Shown: positions 26,465-38,749 of the stretch, in pieces
Position numbering within the stretch: the first letter of the stretch is position 1
How the letters are laid out: the number at the start of each line of letters is the position of its first letter
Source: Camelus dromedarius
Taxonomy: Eukaryota
DNA length: 64,000 nt
Reading direction: 5' to 3'
Assembly: GCF_036321535.1 (NCBI RefSeq)
Contig: NC_087437.1
Span: 91,204,001 to 91,268,000, forward strand
Notes under the pieces: model-generated
Databases searched by the model: none
What the model saw: only the letters and a program-made list of their open reading frames with translations
What the model was told of the DNA's origin: nothing
Program-made: the position numbers and the translations under genes

Positions 26465-26715
26465 AGAGGAAACTGATAATCAACTGTCCTGTAAATATCA
26501 AATGAATTGAATTCACAGTTAAAATTCTCCCATTAAAGAAAACATCTTAACCAGATATGGGATGTTTATGAGGGTTATTGATCTATAATTTCATTTCTGG
26601 TAATAGCTTTCTCTGATTTTGGTATTAAAATAATGCTATCTCTTAAAATCATTTGGGAAGTATTTCTTCCTCTTCTACTTTCTGAAAAATATTGTATAGT
26701 ATAGGTGTTATATTT
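26465..26715. mobile_element. L1 ORF2 fragments in opposite orientations (26465-26558 plus; ~26600-26715 minus)
   Basis: Plus: GAATTGAATTCACAGTTAAAATTCTCCCATTAAAGAAAACATCTTAACCAGAT. Minus reads TTCAGAAAGTAGAAGAGGAAGAAATACTTCCCAAATGATTT..ATACCAAAATCAGAGAAAG, the next ORF2 segment. Confidence 0.65.
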
Positions 26716-26734
26716 TGACTATTAAATAAGAATA

Positions 26735-29263
26735 GCCTCTGAGAATAGCTATGGGCACTGAAAGGAAACACAAGAATGCCAACAATATTTAAACTCCTTT
26801 TAAAGAAAAAAACATTGGCTTAAAATATTTCACTCTGCATCAATCTATCCGCAGTCAATGAAAGAATGCCACTAACATACTATGAGCACCTTTCACAATG
26901 TAAATCCACGGTGTATATGCCAAATAAAATTTACATCATACCAAACATACCCGTCTTTGGGAAACCTGTCATCCTTCCACATTGATCTCAGTGCCTTTTC
27001 TCATAGGTGCTTTTCTATATCATCAAGCTTATCCTCAGCTTCACCTTCAGCTTCTCCTTGGGCTCTCGTTCTGCCTCAGTCCTTGCAATGTTGATTTTGT
27101 TTCTGGAGCAGCAATAGCGGCAGGGTCTACAGCACCTGTCGCAGAATCAGCCAGAGTATGTTCTTTCTTTTTTCTTTCTTGTGCTAGTGTGTGTGACACA
27201 CGGGACAGGCATGGAGACTGCCGTGGACCGGGAGATCCTGAGACAAATATGGAGCATTAGACCCTCCTTACAGACTGAGGGATTGTAGACGCTGCCTTTT
27301 GTTTTGTTGTCTTTTTTGAACTCTGGATCCCTGGCTGTAGGGCTGGGGATGTGGACTGCCTCTTTATATGCTGCTTCTATTACTCCTCTTAAGACGGGGG
27401 TGAGTGGGGAAGAGTGTTGAGAGAGGCTGGAGGTAGTCTGAAGAGCTCCAGGCGTTAGTGAGGGCAAATGCTATTTGGTGGCGCTGATGGTGCCTCTCGG
27501 GTAAATGGTATCAGGGAAGACCCTTTCTCACGCTTTGACGATAATGAAGGTAAATGTCTCTCGGTGACTGGGAAGCTTCTTTGGGAGATGAAGAATGGGA
27601 GTCCCTGCGTTTCTCCTGTTCAGATGGTGATGTGGAGGCTGTTCTACTCTTTGGGCGTGAAGAAGAAAATCCTTGTATTCTAGAAGAATGTCTTCTTGGA
27701 AAGGTTAGCACAGATGTGGGAAAGGAGCAGGGAGAGGACGGAGAGGAGGAGGGTGGGGGAAGAGGAGGAGGAAAAAGAACTCGCCCTCGCAGGCGCAGTG
27801 CGAGCAACTTCTCTGTCTACAGTGGAGGAAGTCTCTTTCTGGCACTTTCGTGGCAAAGTACGCCTGGAATGGGAATGTGGGAATGCGTCCACAGCCTGAC
27901 CACCCATTATAATTCTCACAAAAACTCCTGAGTCGACGGTTATTGAAGAGAGGAGCCATATTCATACAAAGACAGCTGGTTTCGTTGGCCATATTGGCAT
28001 CCCTGCTGTACCGAATCTGCTGCTCTCGTTCTGACACTTTCTCCTTTGTCGGTTTGGATGCTTCTAGTTTTGTAGGTTCTCGTGCTGGTGTGGGGCAACC
28101 TCTTTTCTCAGTGCATTTCCGTTTTGCCATTTTACCTGAACTTCCCCCTGGAGAGACAGAAGCACGTCTTCTTCTTGTACGGCTGGACTGCATAGGGTCG
28201 AAAAATGACAAGTTTTTGGCAGACGAGTTGCTGGAGGTGACAGTACCTTCGCCTTGGACTTGCTGAAGGAGTTAACTTGCTCATTTTTCGTAGAGAACCT
28301 TAGGAGGCTTCTTCGGTGGTGACCTTTGGTGAGGACAATGAGCTAAGGTGGCTGATGAACATCTTTTTGACTCACTGGAAATCTCCTTTTATGCTTTGGC
28401 GGAGAGACACCTGTCTTTGGGGGCGTTATTTGAGGAATGGCCACCTTCTTGGGGCAGGGCCGCTTCGTGGCTGTGATCTGGCGCTGGATCTACTGAGTGT
28501 GAGGATAGCTACAATGCGTTTGGGACCTCAATTTGGAACGTGACCCGGTGAGTCTTTTGGACTTTTTGTTTGTTTGTCTCCTTGTTTGTTTTTCTCAGAG
28601 AAGTTTTCTCTAGACTTTGTTACAGACAGGTTCAGATTTGAGAAATTTTAGGCCGTCACCTGTAGAGCTGGCCTCTCACACTGAAAGTTCATTTACTTTC
28701 ACTTAAGGTTTGGGGAGCTTTAGAGTTTCTCCTTCATTTTTGGAATGAGGATGGACTCCCCAGTTCTTGATTCTGTGTAGATGAAATGGGCAATGACTGC
28801 CCTGTCTCACTTTCCTGACAGGGGAAGTTCCTCTTCTAGGGGGAGGCCATCTGGATTAGCATCTTCTTGGGCTTTTGAGGCTTTCTGTTTTTCAATTCTT
28901 TTTCCTCCTTATCCCTCTTTATCTTCAGCTTGCTTTCTTATAGATGGCAAATTTCTTGTGTAATCTATGTCTGTTATATTTATTCTTTGAGTTCTAGGAA
29001 AGCAGAATGGAGTAGAGCCATGCTTTCCTGTGCCTGGAGCAGCAGAGGCCATAGTTTATAAGTTTTCTAGCTTTTTATTATTATTATTATTTTCTTTTAA
29101 AAAAAAAACAATCAAGTTGATATGATATTTTGGAGTCCCAGAGTCTTCACTTCCAGCTAGTTAAATATAAACTCAATCATAGTATCATTTTTTAAAACCC
29201 AAGGATTTCTGATGTTTGTTTCGCTATCCAAGGCTTTATAACCTCCAAATTTACTTGGCTCAT
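26735..29263 (-). pseudogene. SRRM1: Processed pseudogene of serine/arginine repetitive matrix protein 1 (SRm160); 5'-truncated, frameshifted, includes proximal 3'UTR
   Basis: Minus-strand translations match SRRM1 in order and without introns. PWI domain: MSQVNLEVIKPWIAKQTSEILGF / DTMIEFIFN*LEVK / WPLLLQAQES..SAFLELK (SRRM1 MSKVNLEVIKPWITKRVTEILGFEDDVVIEFIFNQLEVK..WPLLLSAQEN..SAFLELK). Middle: ASVSPGGSSGKMAKRKCTEKR, PRKCQKETS, PQSVRRV. C-terminus: EAEDKLDDIEKHL*EKALRSM (SRRM1 EAEDNLDDLEKHLREKALRSM), then 3'UTR-like TATGATGTAAATTTTATTTGG. Many stops and frameshifts. Confidence 0.93.
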
Positions 29264-29520
29264 GGTTTCTCCTGAGGCCTCTCTCCTTGACTTGCAGATA
29301 GCCGCTTCTTGCTGTAGGTCCACATGACTTTTTCCTCTGTGCAAGCACACTAGGGGTCTCTTCCTCTTCTCATAAGCACAATACTCTTAGGGGTTAGGGC
29401 CCCATCCTTATGATCTCTTTTAACCTTAATTACCTCCATAGAGGCCCTATTCCAAATACAGGCACATTGGGGGTTAGGCTTCAACCTATGAATTTGGGAG
29501 AGTATAATTCTTTTCAGACA
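29264..29520 (-). mobile_element. 5' part of a MaLR LTR (MLT1A/B-like) abutting the SRRM1 retrocopy
   Basis: GGTTTCTCCTGAGGCCTCTCTCCTTGACTTGCAGAT..TTAGGGCCCCATCCTTATGA..TTAACCTTAATTACCTCC..GGCTTCAACCTATGAATTTGGG. Confidence 0.88.
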
Positions 29521-29524
29521 GAGG

Positions 29525-30012
29525 GGAACTGAAAGCAGAATATAAGCAGTTATAAACTTTATATTTCAAATTGATAATTTTACAGTGAAGAAGGTGGCGA
29601 TGAAAAGAACTAACTCATGTAGCTTTGGAAAATAGTATTTTGGCTGAGTATTGTAAGACTAAAGACAGAAGGAACTGTAGGTACATGAATACTATATTCT
29701 ATCAGTAATATTTAGTAATTATTTTCAATAGGTGTATGAGTTGCAATTCTAGAACTCTTTTGTCTGTATTTGGTTTTAACAAATCAGTAAATGCAATTTT
29801 GCATCTTAGATTGGACTCTTGAGCAGAAAAAGAATATTAGTTGAAAACTGTTCTGGTGAAATCTATTAGTTATCAGCATTGTGTTAATATTAATTTCTCT
29901 AGTTTTAATAATGATTGTTCAGGATACTAATATTAGGGGAAATGGGTGATGGGTGCAAAGGAAACATCTGTACTGTTTTTGTACATACAAGATTATTTCA
30001 AAAGAAAAAAGA
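29525..30012 (+). mobile_element. Old L1 3' end (L1MC/ME-like)
   Basis: TTAGATTGGACTCTTGAGCAGAAAAAGAATATTAG..AATATTAGGGGAAATGGGTGATGGGTG..GATTATTTCAAAAGAAAAAA. Confidence 0.7.
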
Positions 30013-31879
30013 AAGGTCATGTGAATCATAAATTTAAGTCTAATTTTCAGCTCTGGAATTTACATACAATTACAATGTGATGTTTTCTTGCTCTTAGTGA
30101 CGCTATAGTTTATATCTAGGTATATAGTGACTAAATTGTTCATGTTTAATTTTTCAGTTGCAGTTATGTTTTAGCTATATACTGTGATTTCCTTCTAAAG
30201 TTCTCAAAGTTGTAAGATAAATTTTATTTAAAACTTAAATGCAATTTATGAAAGTATTTTTTAGGAAAAAATTTTAAGATCTCAGAAGATGCAACAATAT
30301 TGAAGAGGGTATACTGGGGTATTGTATTAGATGACTTTTTCTATTTCTTTTCAAATATAGTAAATATAAGGAAGTTTAAGCTTGATGACTTGGTGAAATG
30401 ACTTGAGACCTTGTTAGCAATGCATTCTTCAGAAGAGGCAAGAGGAGTAACTGTCTAACTGGCATTGTTTCTCAAGAAGTCATTATGTACACAGCATCGC
30501 ATGTGTTATTTCAAAATGACAGTAATTAAATCACCTCAACCAGTGCATAGAAGTGTGAGTTACACCGTTGATGAATATCTAAGTTTTACAATTCTAGGGA
30601 ATGTTACTTGAGGTATGCTTTGAATAGGTGATTTTAATACATACTAATTTGATATATTTCCCACTTCCTCTGGCTCATAAATTTTTAAAAGGAGTTTATA
30701 TTTTAAATTAAAGTTTAAAAATGTAATTAAAATTCAGTACAAAATTTTCTTTCTCAAACAGTCTCTTCCTTATCAAACAAAGGATGACTTAGACTTTTTT
30801 TATTATGGTAATGGTGGCAGTAGTTCTGAACAAGCAAATAATACGGAGTACTCAACTAGATATAACAAATCTAGCCAACTTCGTAAAGTAGCATGATTAA
30901 GAAACACTTTTAGGAAATACAGTGGAGTCCTCTTCTAACTCAGGATGTCAGTATTCAAAATAAGAATAGGTTCAATTATCATTTCACCTAATGTTTAATA
31001 CACTTACAGGATCATTTTTAAAAGCCACTTGTATTAATCAGATATGAAGATAACTAGGGAAGAAATAGCTGCATAGATGTATTGTTTTGATTAACAAAAT
31101 GTAATTAAGTGAAGGTAAATGAGATTTTTCTAGTGAATATTAGTAACAGGAGGAAAGTAAATTTAAAGAAGCAAATTAACACTGTTAGTATCTCCTCAGC
31201 ATACATTCAAAAGAACACAATTTGAAAACTACAGGCACAGGATTCATATTGGTTGTATTCCTTTTTAATTATTCCTTCAATAATCAAGTCAAAATATAGT
31301 AGACTTCATTAAGCCATCTTGAGATGACCAAGAGATTATGAGATTTAGTTTTTGAAATTTTCAGGTGAATAGGGTTTATAATATATTATTGTCATACATA
31401 TTATGAAAGAAGATCTGAATTCTACTATTTTAGAATGACTCAAATAAAATAATACATTTAATATTTGGACTCACATGGACAAACTTTCTAAAAATGTTGA
31501 TAAAATTATTTTAAACTTCTGTGGACTAAAAAGACTTCTAATCCTCCTGAAGTCTTAAGTCTTCAAATATACTGTAGAAAAATGACATCTAGGTAATTAG
31601 AGTAGGCTTAATACGCAGAACCAAATACCAAAACTATACTGTCTTCCTACATCAATAAGTGTTTCTAAATATCTGTCTTAAAAATAATTTAAGCTAATGA
31701 TCAACACATCTGTAAATTTTAATAAAGTTAACATCAATGGCACAATAGTAAACTAGCAGTTTCAGAAGAAAGAAATCACAAATTTCACATGGTACTGTTT
31801 GCTCTTATCAGAAAACACACATTGTGTTAGACTTTCACATGATATTCGAGTGATGTTTTATTGACAAAGGTGCTCTGAG

Positions 31880-32203
31880 GCCTTGCTTCTCAAGGTGAAG
31901 TCCAAGGACCTGCAGCAACTGCATCACTTCGGAGTTTGTTAGAAATGTAGAATCTTGGGCCTGTCTCAGACTTCTTGGATTACAAATTACATTTTAAATT
32001 TGACAGATACTATTCTGAAAAACTAATTCTCTAATTTGGCTAAGATTTAGAAACACTGAAAATTAAAAAGAAAGAAATGAAAAGCACTGATGCCATTTCA
32101 ACCCCGCAACTTCTAATTTAGTAGGCATGAAGTGTAACTTAGACATGGATTTTTAAAAGCTCCCAGGTGGTTCTAATAAGCAGCACAGTTTGTGAACCAC
32201 TGT
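31880..32203. mobile_element. Two adjacent MER5-type hAT MITE fragments
   Basis: GCTTCTCAAGGTG..GCATCACTTCGGAGTTTGTTAGAAATGTAGAATCTTGGGCC and TTTTAAAAGCTCCCAGGTGGTTCTAATAAGCAGCACAGTTTGTGAACCACTG. Confidence 0.8.
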
Positions 32204-33476
32204 ACTAAAATACATAATCAGCCACCAGTAGGTAACTTGTTGACACCTGCTACTCACCCAGCCAAAGTCAATTACATTGATAGTTTTATTTCTTCTGTTA
32301 AAGAGGAATTAACTAATTCCAGGTGTTTCTTTCAAAAACTGTGTCCTTGAAAAGTTGTATATGATTCAGAGGATTATAAATTAGATAATAGGGTTACTTC
32401 ATGAAGTTTTCTCTTTAAAGGGATGGTTGTGAATACATTAGTAATTAAGAATTCCATTTTAGTTACTTACTGACATGCTTTGTATCTATCTATAATTTTA
32501 TAATTTTCTTAATCATGTTTTAAACTCTGCTCTAGTCCAATTTCCAAATATAAATTTTTTTGAAATTAAGAAAAACAGCATTTATTAATTTTTGATTATT
32601 TAAATATTTGCTTATGCAAATATTAGTGTTTAATTCCAGTATGAAATAGCAAATTACTAAGAAGGCCATATATTGTTCTTTATCACCCTTCAGAGTACAC
32701 TTAAACTTCTGTGCCACTGAAAAGTGTGCATTTTAATCTATAGTAGGCATTTCTTAATAGAGTTCTATTTGTCTCAAATATTATGCCCTTAGGGTACAGG
32801 TATCACTCCTGAAACCTGTTTTATATCATTTTGGATAATATCAGTATATAAATGGCTATTTAAAAAGTACCAGTGCTGATGATTATTGTACAGTGCTTTT
32901 CCTAAGGCAATAAAAACATGCGTTATGTGTAATAATACGGTTTTCATCTCAGTTGAACTGTCTGAAGTTAATAATTCCATATCATAATTTAGAGTTCACC
33001 CTGATGACCCTTCCAATAAGTATGTAAATGGTATGTCTCTGGTTTTGTTCTAGTAAGAACTGTGCAGCAGTAATTCTTTTTAAAAATTTCCTTCACTGTA
33101 CTCTTTAACTTACATTTGTCCTTGTGTAGAATATGCATTTTCTAAAGATTGTGATCATAAAAGGTAAATAAAAGAGGAAATGTTAAATGTAGAAAAGTAG
33201 AGAATATTTTCAATTACCTGTTACTAATTAACATCTTAATTAAAAGTCTAAATATACCAATTTTAACCAGTTTTAAGTAATAAATTGTGTCAAATTACAG
33301 TGTCAGAATGACAAATTATTTAATCACTTTTAATCTGATAAAAGTCATTCTTCCTATTATCCATACACATTCTAATTGCTATATAATCATTAATATAGTT
33401 TTATAATATTTTAAATGTTTAAGTGCACAAGAAAATGTACAAAGAGAATTATATATCTTTGGCTCTTCACTGTTTT

Positions 33477-33573
33477 TATTGAGCTGTAGTCAGGTTTCAG
33501 CGTGGTATCAATTTCTGGTGTACAGCACAATTCTTCAGTCATACATGAAAATGCATATATTCATTTTCATATA
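33477..33573 (-). mobile_element. Short young L1 3' stub with TSD
   Basis: ATTTCTGGTGTACAGCACAATTCTTCAGTCATACATG, flanked by GCTCTTCAC(T/A)GTTTT at 33462-33476 and 33574-33588. Confidence 0.8.
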
Positions 33574-33652
33574 GCTCTTCACAGTTTTAAAGAGAGCAAA
33601 AGTCACCATTTCCACAATCCAGTCCACACTGTTAGCTTTAGATTTTTGAGAC

Positions 33653-33753
33653 CAGAACTCCTGATGCCTAGATTAACATCCAGTCAGTTTTGACTGGGTG
33701 TTAATCAGTCAGCCAACACTGACTTGCCATTAATCTAGGCATCAGGGGTTCTG
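33653..33753. mobile_element. Palindromic element (MER135-like) with 24-bp inverted arms and internal hairpins
   Basis: CAGAACTCCTGATGCCTAGATTAA / TTAATCTAGGCATCAGGGGTTCTG (1 mismatch). The palindrome is seen directly; the family name is from memory. Confidence 0.7.
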
Positions 33754-35399
33754 AGTTTTTCTGATAAACACATTTGGAAATCCTCAATTTTAGATCTTGA
33801 TTAATACATATACTTGTAATCAAAGTTGTGGATGGCATTTGATGCTTTTAAATAAAAAAAGATATTTTGGAAGTTACACATTATTTTGTGATATATAAGC
33901 TTTTGTCTTTGTCCCATTTTAAAAATAAAATTGATGTAATAAGTTATGTGTACTACATACCTGTAGAATTCCTACATGAACTGTTTTCCATAAGAGAAAA
34001 ATAAATAAAACAAGCACCCCTGTCCCCAAAAAAGACTTTGTCCCAAAGCACTGAATGAAGAACTGTCTCATGCCAGTAATATGAAAAATTAGATTAAAAA
34101 TAGGGTAAAAATGGCCTTATAATACTTAGATAATGGCTGAATTTCAAGGAGAATACAGAGCATGATAATAAGTACTGAGGAATTTGAATTCCTTCCATAC
34201 ATAAAATACCAGCGGAATTAGTTGTAGAGATAACTATTGAAATTTTAGTTTCTACTACTTGGAATTTAGTATAACCGCTCTCATCCATTTCTTAAGACTG
34301 TTATGCACTAATTAAAGACTATAAAGCATCTTGGAAATAAAATGCTACATACATGCCTAATAAGGCTAATAACGTTTATAATGATACCAGCTGTTGAAAT
34401 CCAACAGATATACATAATTAATGGCAGTTGAAGTTTACCTACAGCTTTTCCATCTGCTTCATTAGAATACAATTTCCAGAATTAAAAATGATACTTTTTC
34501 TTCAGAAGTCAAGGTTTTTCTTCACATTCACTCTAAAATATGTAAAGGTTTTATATATGGCCTAAATATACACTTAATTTCTTGTTTCAAGAACATACCC
34601 AAAGTAAGCTTTATGAAAAACACACTTGGAAATACCATCTCTTTCTCTAATCTTATTTGTATATATGTTAAGTTTCAATATCTTTTTTTGGAAATTAATA
34701 ATAACTGTAGTTTAGTGATTTATGTCACCAAATTTGTACAAGGCTGCATACCAAACACTGCACGTTCCATTCCTTGGGCAATATTCAAAAGAGGGCTGTA
34801 GGATAAGTATTGCTAATACCTCCGTGTTACAGTTTATGAGGTGTTGATAGATAACTTTCAAAAATTAGAGAAAACACCTTCAACATTTAACAAAGTTCAA
34901 AGAGAAACAGAAAAAGAAGTCTAAAGTGTGCTGTCAACGATAAAAAGAGAAAATGGATATAAACATACATTATGTGCTTTGAAAAAAATCAACTCTTTAG
35001 TTCAAGATGAGTTGGAGGATGCTCCTTATAACACTATGGTTTCCTGACGTAGAGAGGTTGAGTTGGCAGAGTATTGAATATCCTCAAATATATGTTTCAT
35101 ATTGGAAAGAATAACAGATAAGTTAAGTAGATGTTGTTAAACTATTAACAGCTTCAAAAATCAAATATACCTTTGACTATATGGAATGGATTCCAGAAGA
35201 CATGTATTAGGACCCAAGAGAGTACATAAGTCAGAACCAATACACAGAGGGACACTCTTTTCAATTTCTTCCCAATCTCTCTTACCTTTGTAGCCCAGAA
35301 AAGTAGAAGTCAACACTTAGCCTTCAAACTCAAGCTTAGCATTGAAAAATAGATTGATCTTAATCAAGTGGGATGAATGTTAAGAATTTAATCATACTA

Positions 35400-36140
35400 A
35401 ATCAGAGGAAAGGGGGAAGTTCTGGACAGATCTATCAACAAAACTTAAGCATAAAGAAGATAATAAACATTGTATCCAGAATTAAGATAAAGAACTCTGT
35501 AAGAAAGCATAACTACACATAATAAGTATGTATCACAATACAACACATACCACAGGAAACAGTATGTACAAACTTAATAAAAATGTAGAGACAATAGAAC
35601 CAGAGCACAGATCTCAGATAAAACAAACAAATAATTAAATGAAAAGTGTGATTTTTATAGTAGAGGAAAGCAATTCAGAAATATAAGCAATGCTAATGTA
35701 GTAAATAAATAAGAAACATCCAGAGACATAAATAGCTGAAAAATGCAACTGTGCCATAGAGAAATAAATTGAAATAATCGTATTGAATAGAAAGAGAAAA
35801 GGCAGAGAATAAAACATTTACAGAGAGGATAACAGTTCTGAATGGTAAGGATAATGTAACACAAGACTGTCATTGTTGAAATAAAATAACTGAAGAAAGG
35901 AGAAAGAACACGTGTTGAGAGTTAGAATTCAAAAATCCGTAAGTCCCAGTAATCAAAGGAAGAATAAAATACATGGACTGAAAGGGCATAGTATCTATAA
36001 GAGAAAACATTAAATCAATTACCATCAAAACAATCTGTTTCAGTTATTGAATTTCTAACATGAATTTTTCAGACAACCTATACAAAAATCAAAAATGTAA
36101 GTCGCCCTTCAGGGGAAAGATGAGGTAAAATTTCTCCATC
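35400..36140 (+). mobile_element. Degraded old L1 5'/ORF1-like region
   Basis: A-rich ORF1-like phrases (CATTTACAGAGAGGATAACAGTTCTGAATGG, GGACTGAAAGGGCATAG). Confidence 0.45.
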
Positions 36141-36946
36141 TATGCTATTGTAGAAAAAATGTGGAAGTTGGGGTTTTGGGTGAAATTTGCTTCTGTACTT
36201 TTACATTTTGAATTACTTGTTCAGTATTTTAAGAGGATTATAATTTATATAAATATTGTAGGTTCATAACTATGAAATCTTCATGTATACCAAAAATCCT
36301 TATTTCAAAAGTAAAACCGTTACATACATTTTTGCATCACACTGTAAATATTGTATTAATCTGAATGTATTGCTGTAAGTAATCTGCAGTAACCTGCTTT
36401 CTCTTATACATTTAAAGATTCTATTATTGGCTTTTATCTTTAGGTTCTCTTCTAGGTTATGAAGTTATAGCAGTGAATAGAATGTCATATCCTCAAGAAG
36501 CTTTCATTAGAAGGGAAAGAGAGAAAACAAACATAATGCACAAGTTACAAGCATATTAGAATTTGCTATGTTTTATGGAGGAAATAAAATAGGAAAGAAT
36601 ACAAGAGATGTAGGGTGGTGATGATGGGCTTGTGGCTTGGCATTTTAAATGAGGCTGTTGGATAGGTATCTCTGAAAATACATAATTTAAGCAAAGACTT
36701 GAATGAAGCTCTAGGAGTAGCCGTATGAACATCTAAGGGAAGTGCTCTGGGCTGAGAGAGAACATAGGTGAAAAATATCATGAAGCAGAACATGCCTGGC
36801 ATTTGGAATGAAGAACAAAGAAGCCATGTGTCTAGTGCAAAGTGCGAAAACAGAAAAATATTAGGAAATAAGGGCAGAGAGAAAGGTGGATAAGGGGTGG
36901 ACTCTGAGCAGAAAAGTCACATGATCTGAGTTGCATTTTATATATA

Positions 36947-37158
36947 TTTTTTTTTTAATTGAAGTATAGTCAGTTTACAATGTTGTGTCAACTTCTGGTG
37001 TACAGCATAATGCTTCAGTTATACGTATACATACATATATTCGTTTTTATATTCTTTTTCACCATAAGTTACTACAAGATAATGAATATAGCTCCCTGTA
37101 CTATACAGTGTGAACTTGTTGTTTATCTATTTTATATGTATTAATATCTGTAAATATC
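36947..37158 (-). mobile_element. Young L1 3' stub (artiodactyl/camelid type)
   Basis: poly(T)-AATTGAAGTATAGTCAGTTTACAATGTTGTGTCAACTTCTGGTGTACAGC..CTCCCTGTACTATACAG. Confidence 0.88.
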
Positions 37159-37311
37159 GACAGGATTGCTGGAATTGTGTTGAGAATATGCTTTAGGGGG
37201 ACAAAGGTAGGGGAGGCAGAGCAGATGTAGGCTAAAACAATCTGGATTAGAGAAATGATTGTTAGACTGGAAAGTAGTATAGATGGCAGTGAAATATTCA
37301 AATTCAAGGTC

Positions 37312-38200
37312 TTGATCAACTTTATTCAGGTATAATTTACACACATATGGCTACACACAGTCACCATAAGTGTGATGTTCAATGAGCTTCAAAAATATAT
37401 ACATTGTGTAGTCAAAAAAATCAAAATATAGAACATTTCCACCACCTCCAAAATTTCTATTAAGCTCTTTTGTAGTCAATCTGCCCTTCCATATGCAAAC
37501 ACTAATTTGTTTAATTTGTTTTCTGGCACAAGTTTGTTCTGTAATTTCATGTTAATGAGAGTATACAGTATGCCATTTTGAGATCTTATTTCTTTTGTTC
37601 TGCATAACATTTTGGGGTCCGTCTACCTTGTTGCTGTGTGTATCAGTAGATTATTTTTATTGCTGAATGATACCATATTTCTGTATACTATAACTTATTT
37701 ATTCATTCACTAATTGATAGAAATTTGTGTTATTTCTAATTTTAGTTTATTAAGAATAAAGCTGCTATGAATATTCAAATATAAATAGTTTTATGGGCAT
37801 ATATTTTCATTTTTCTTGCATAAATGTCTGGGAATGGAATGACTGGATTGTATGTTAGGTGTATCTTTTACTTTTTAGAGAAATTGTTCTCCAGAGTGCT
37901 TGTACCATTTTGCTTTCTTATCAGCAATGTAGGAGAATCCCAGTCTCTGAAAATCCTTCCTAAAACTTGTTATTGTCTATCTTTTTTCTAGTGGGCATAT
38001 AGTGGAATCTAATGATTTTAATTGTTATTTCTTGATGACTAATGGTGTTGGATATCATTTCCTGTGCTTATTAGCTATATATATATGTATGTATGTATAT
38101 AAAAATATTTATATTTAAATTGTATAAATTTTTTTGGTCTAGTCATTTGTCGTAACGTTGAGAGTTAGGAATCCTTCATATATTCTGGATTCCATTACTT
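37312..38200 (-). mobile_element. Old L1 3' end plus ORF2 tail (L1MB/MC/ME-like)
   Basis: CAACTTTATTCAGGTATAATTTACA..GAATAAAGCTGCTATGAATATTC..TTGTACCATTTTGC..TTGATGACTAATGGTGTTG. Confidence 0.8.
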
Positions 38201-38749
38201 ATCATGAACATGTTAAGTAAGAGGTGTTTGTTAGTCATCCAAATGAAGAGGCTAAAAATGAAGAATTTCAGAGAAAAGACCCATGCTGGAAATCTAAATT
38301 AAATATATGATATTTAAATCCATGAGACTAGATGCAGTAACAACCATAAGCATATTATCAATAAAAAGAAGAGGATATCTAAGGACTGAGAAATGCTGGA
38401 AATAACGTTTGGAAAAAAGGGAACCAACAGAGAACACAGAATGAGTGGTCTGGTTAGTAGGAGGAAAACCAGGGGAGAGTGTGGTTTCCTGGGAGGGCAG
38501 TGATAAAAGCCTATTAAGGAGAAGGACTCAACAACTGTGTCAAATTTTGCCAGTGGGTCAAAGTAGGTTGTGGACAGAACATTTACCATGGTGCTTAGTA
38601 ATAGATGTCTCTGGTGACTTCAGCGAGAATGGTTTGGATGTAGTTGTGAGGTCAAAAACGTAATTGGTGTAAAATTAAAGAGAGAAAGGATGACTAATGA
38701 ATTAATAAAACTAAGCAGTGAGCACCGCTTTGCAGTTATTATAAAACAA

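Noticed and set aside
27100..27300. SRRM1 frame kept across a large internal deletion, as evidence of past selection
   Set aside because: One-in-three chance event; the same segment has a stop and frameshifts follow immediately
27147..28543. Dense cluster of overlapping ORFs on both strands, suggesting an intact gene
   Set aside because: These are frameshifted pieces and antisense shadows of the SRRM1 pseudogene; no continuous frame
34094..34288. 64-aa minus ORF, and a faint plus-strand resemblance to the missing SRRM1 5' end
   Set aside because: No recognisable homology or good splice pair; the resemblance is too weak and on the wrong strand
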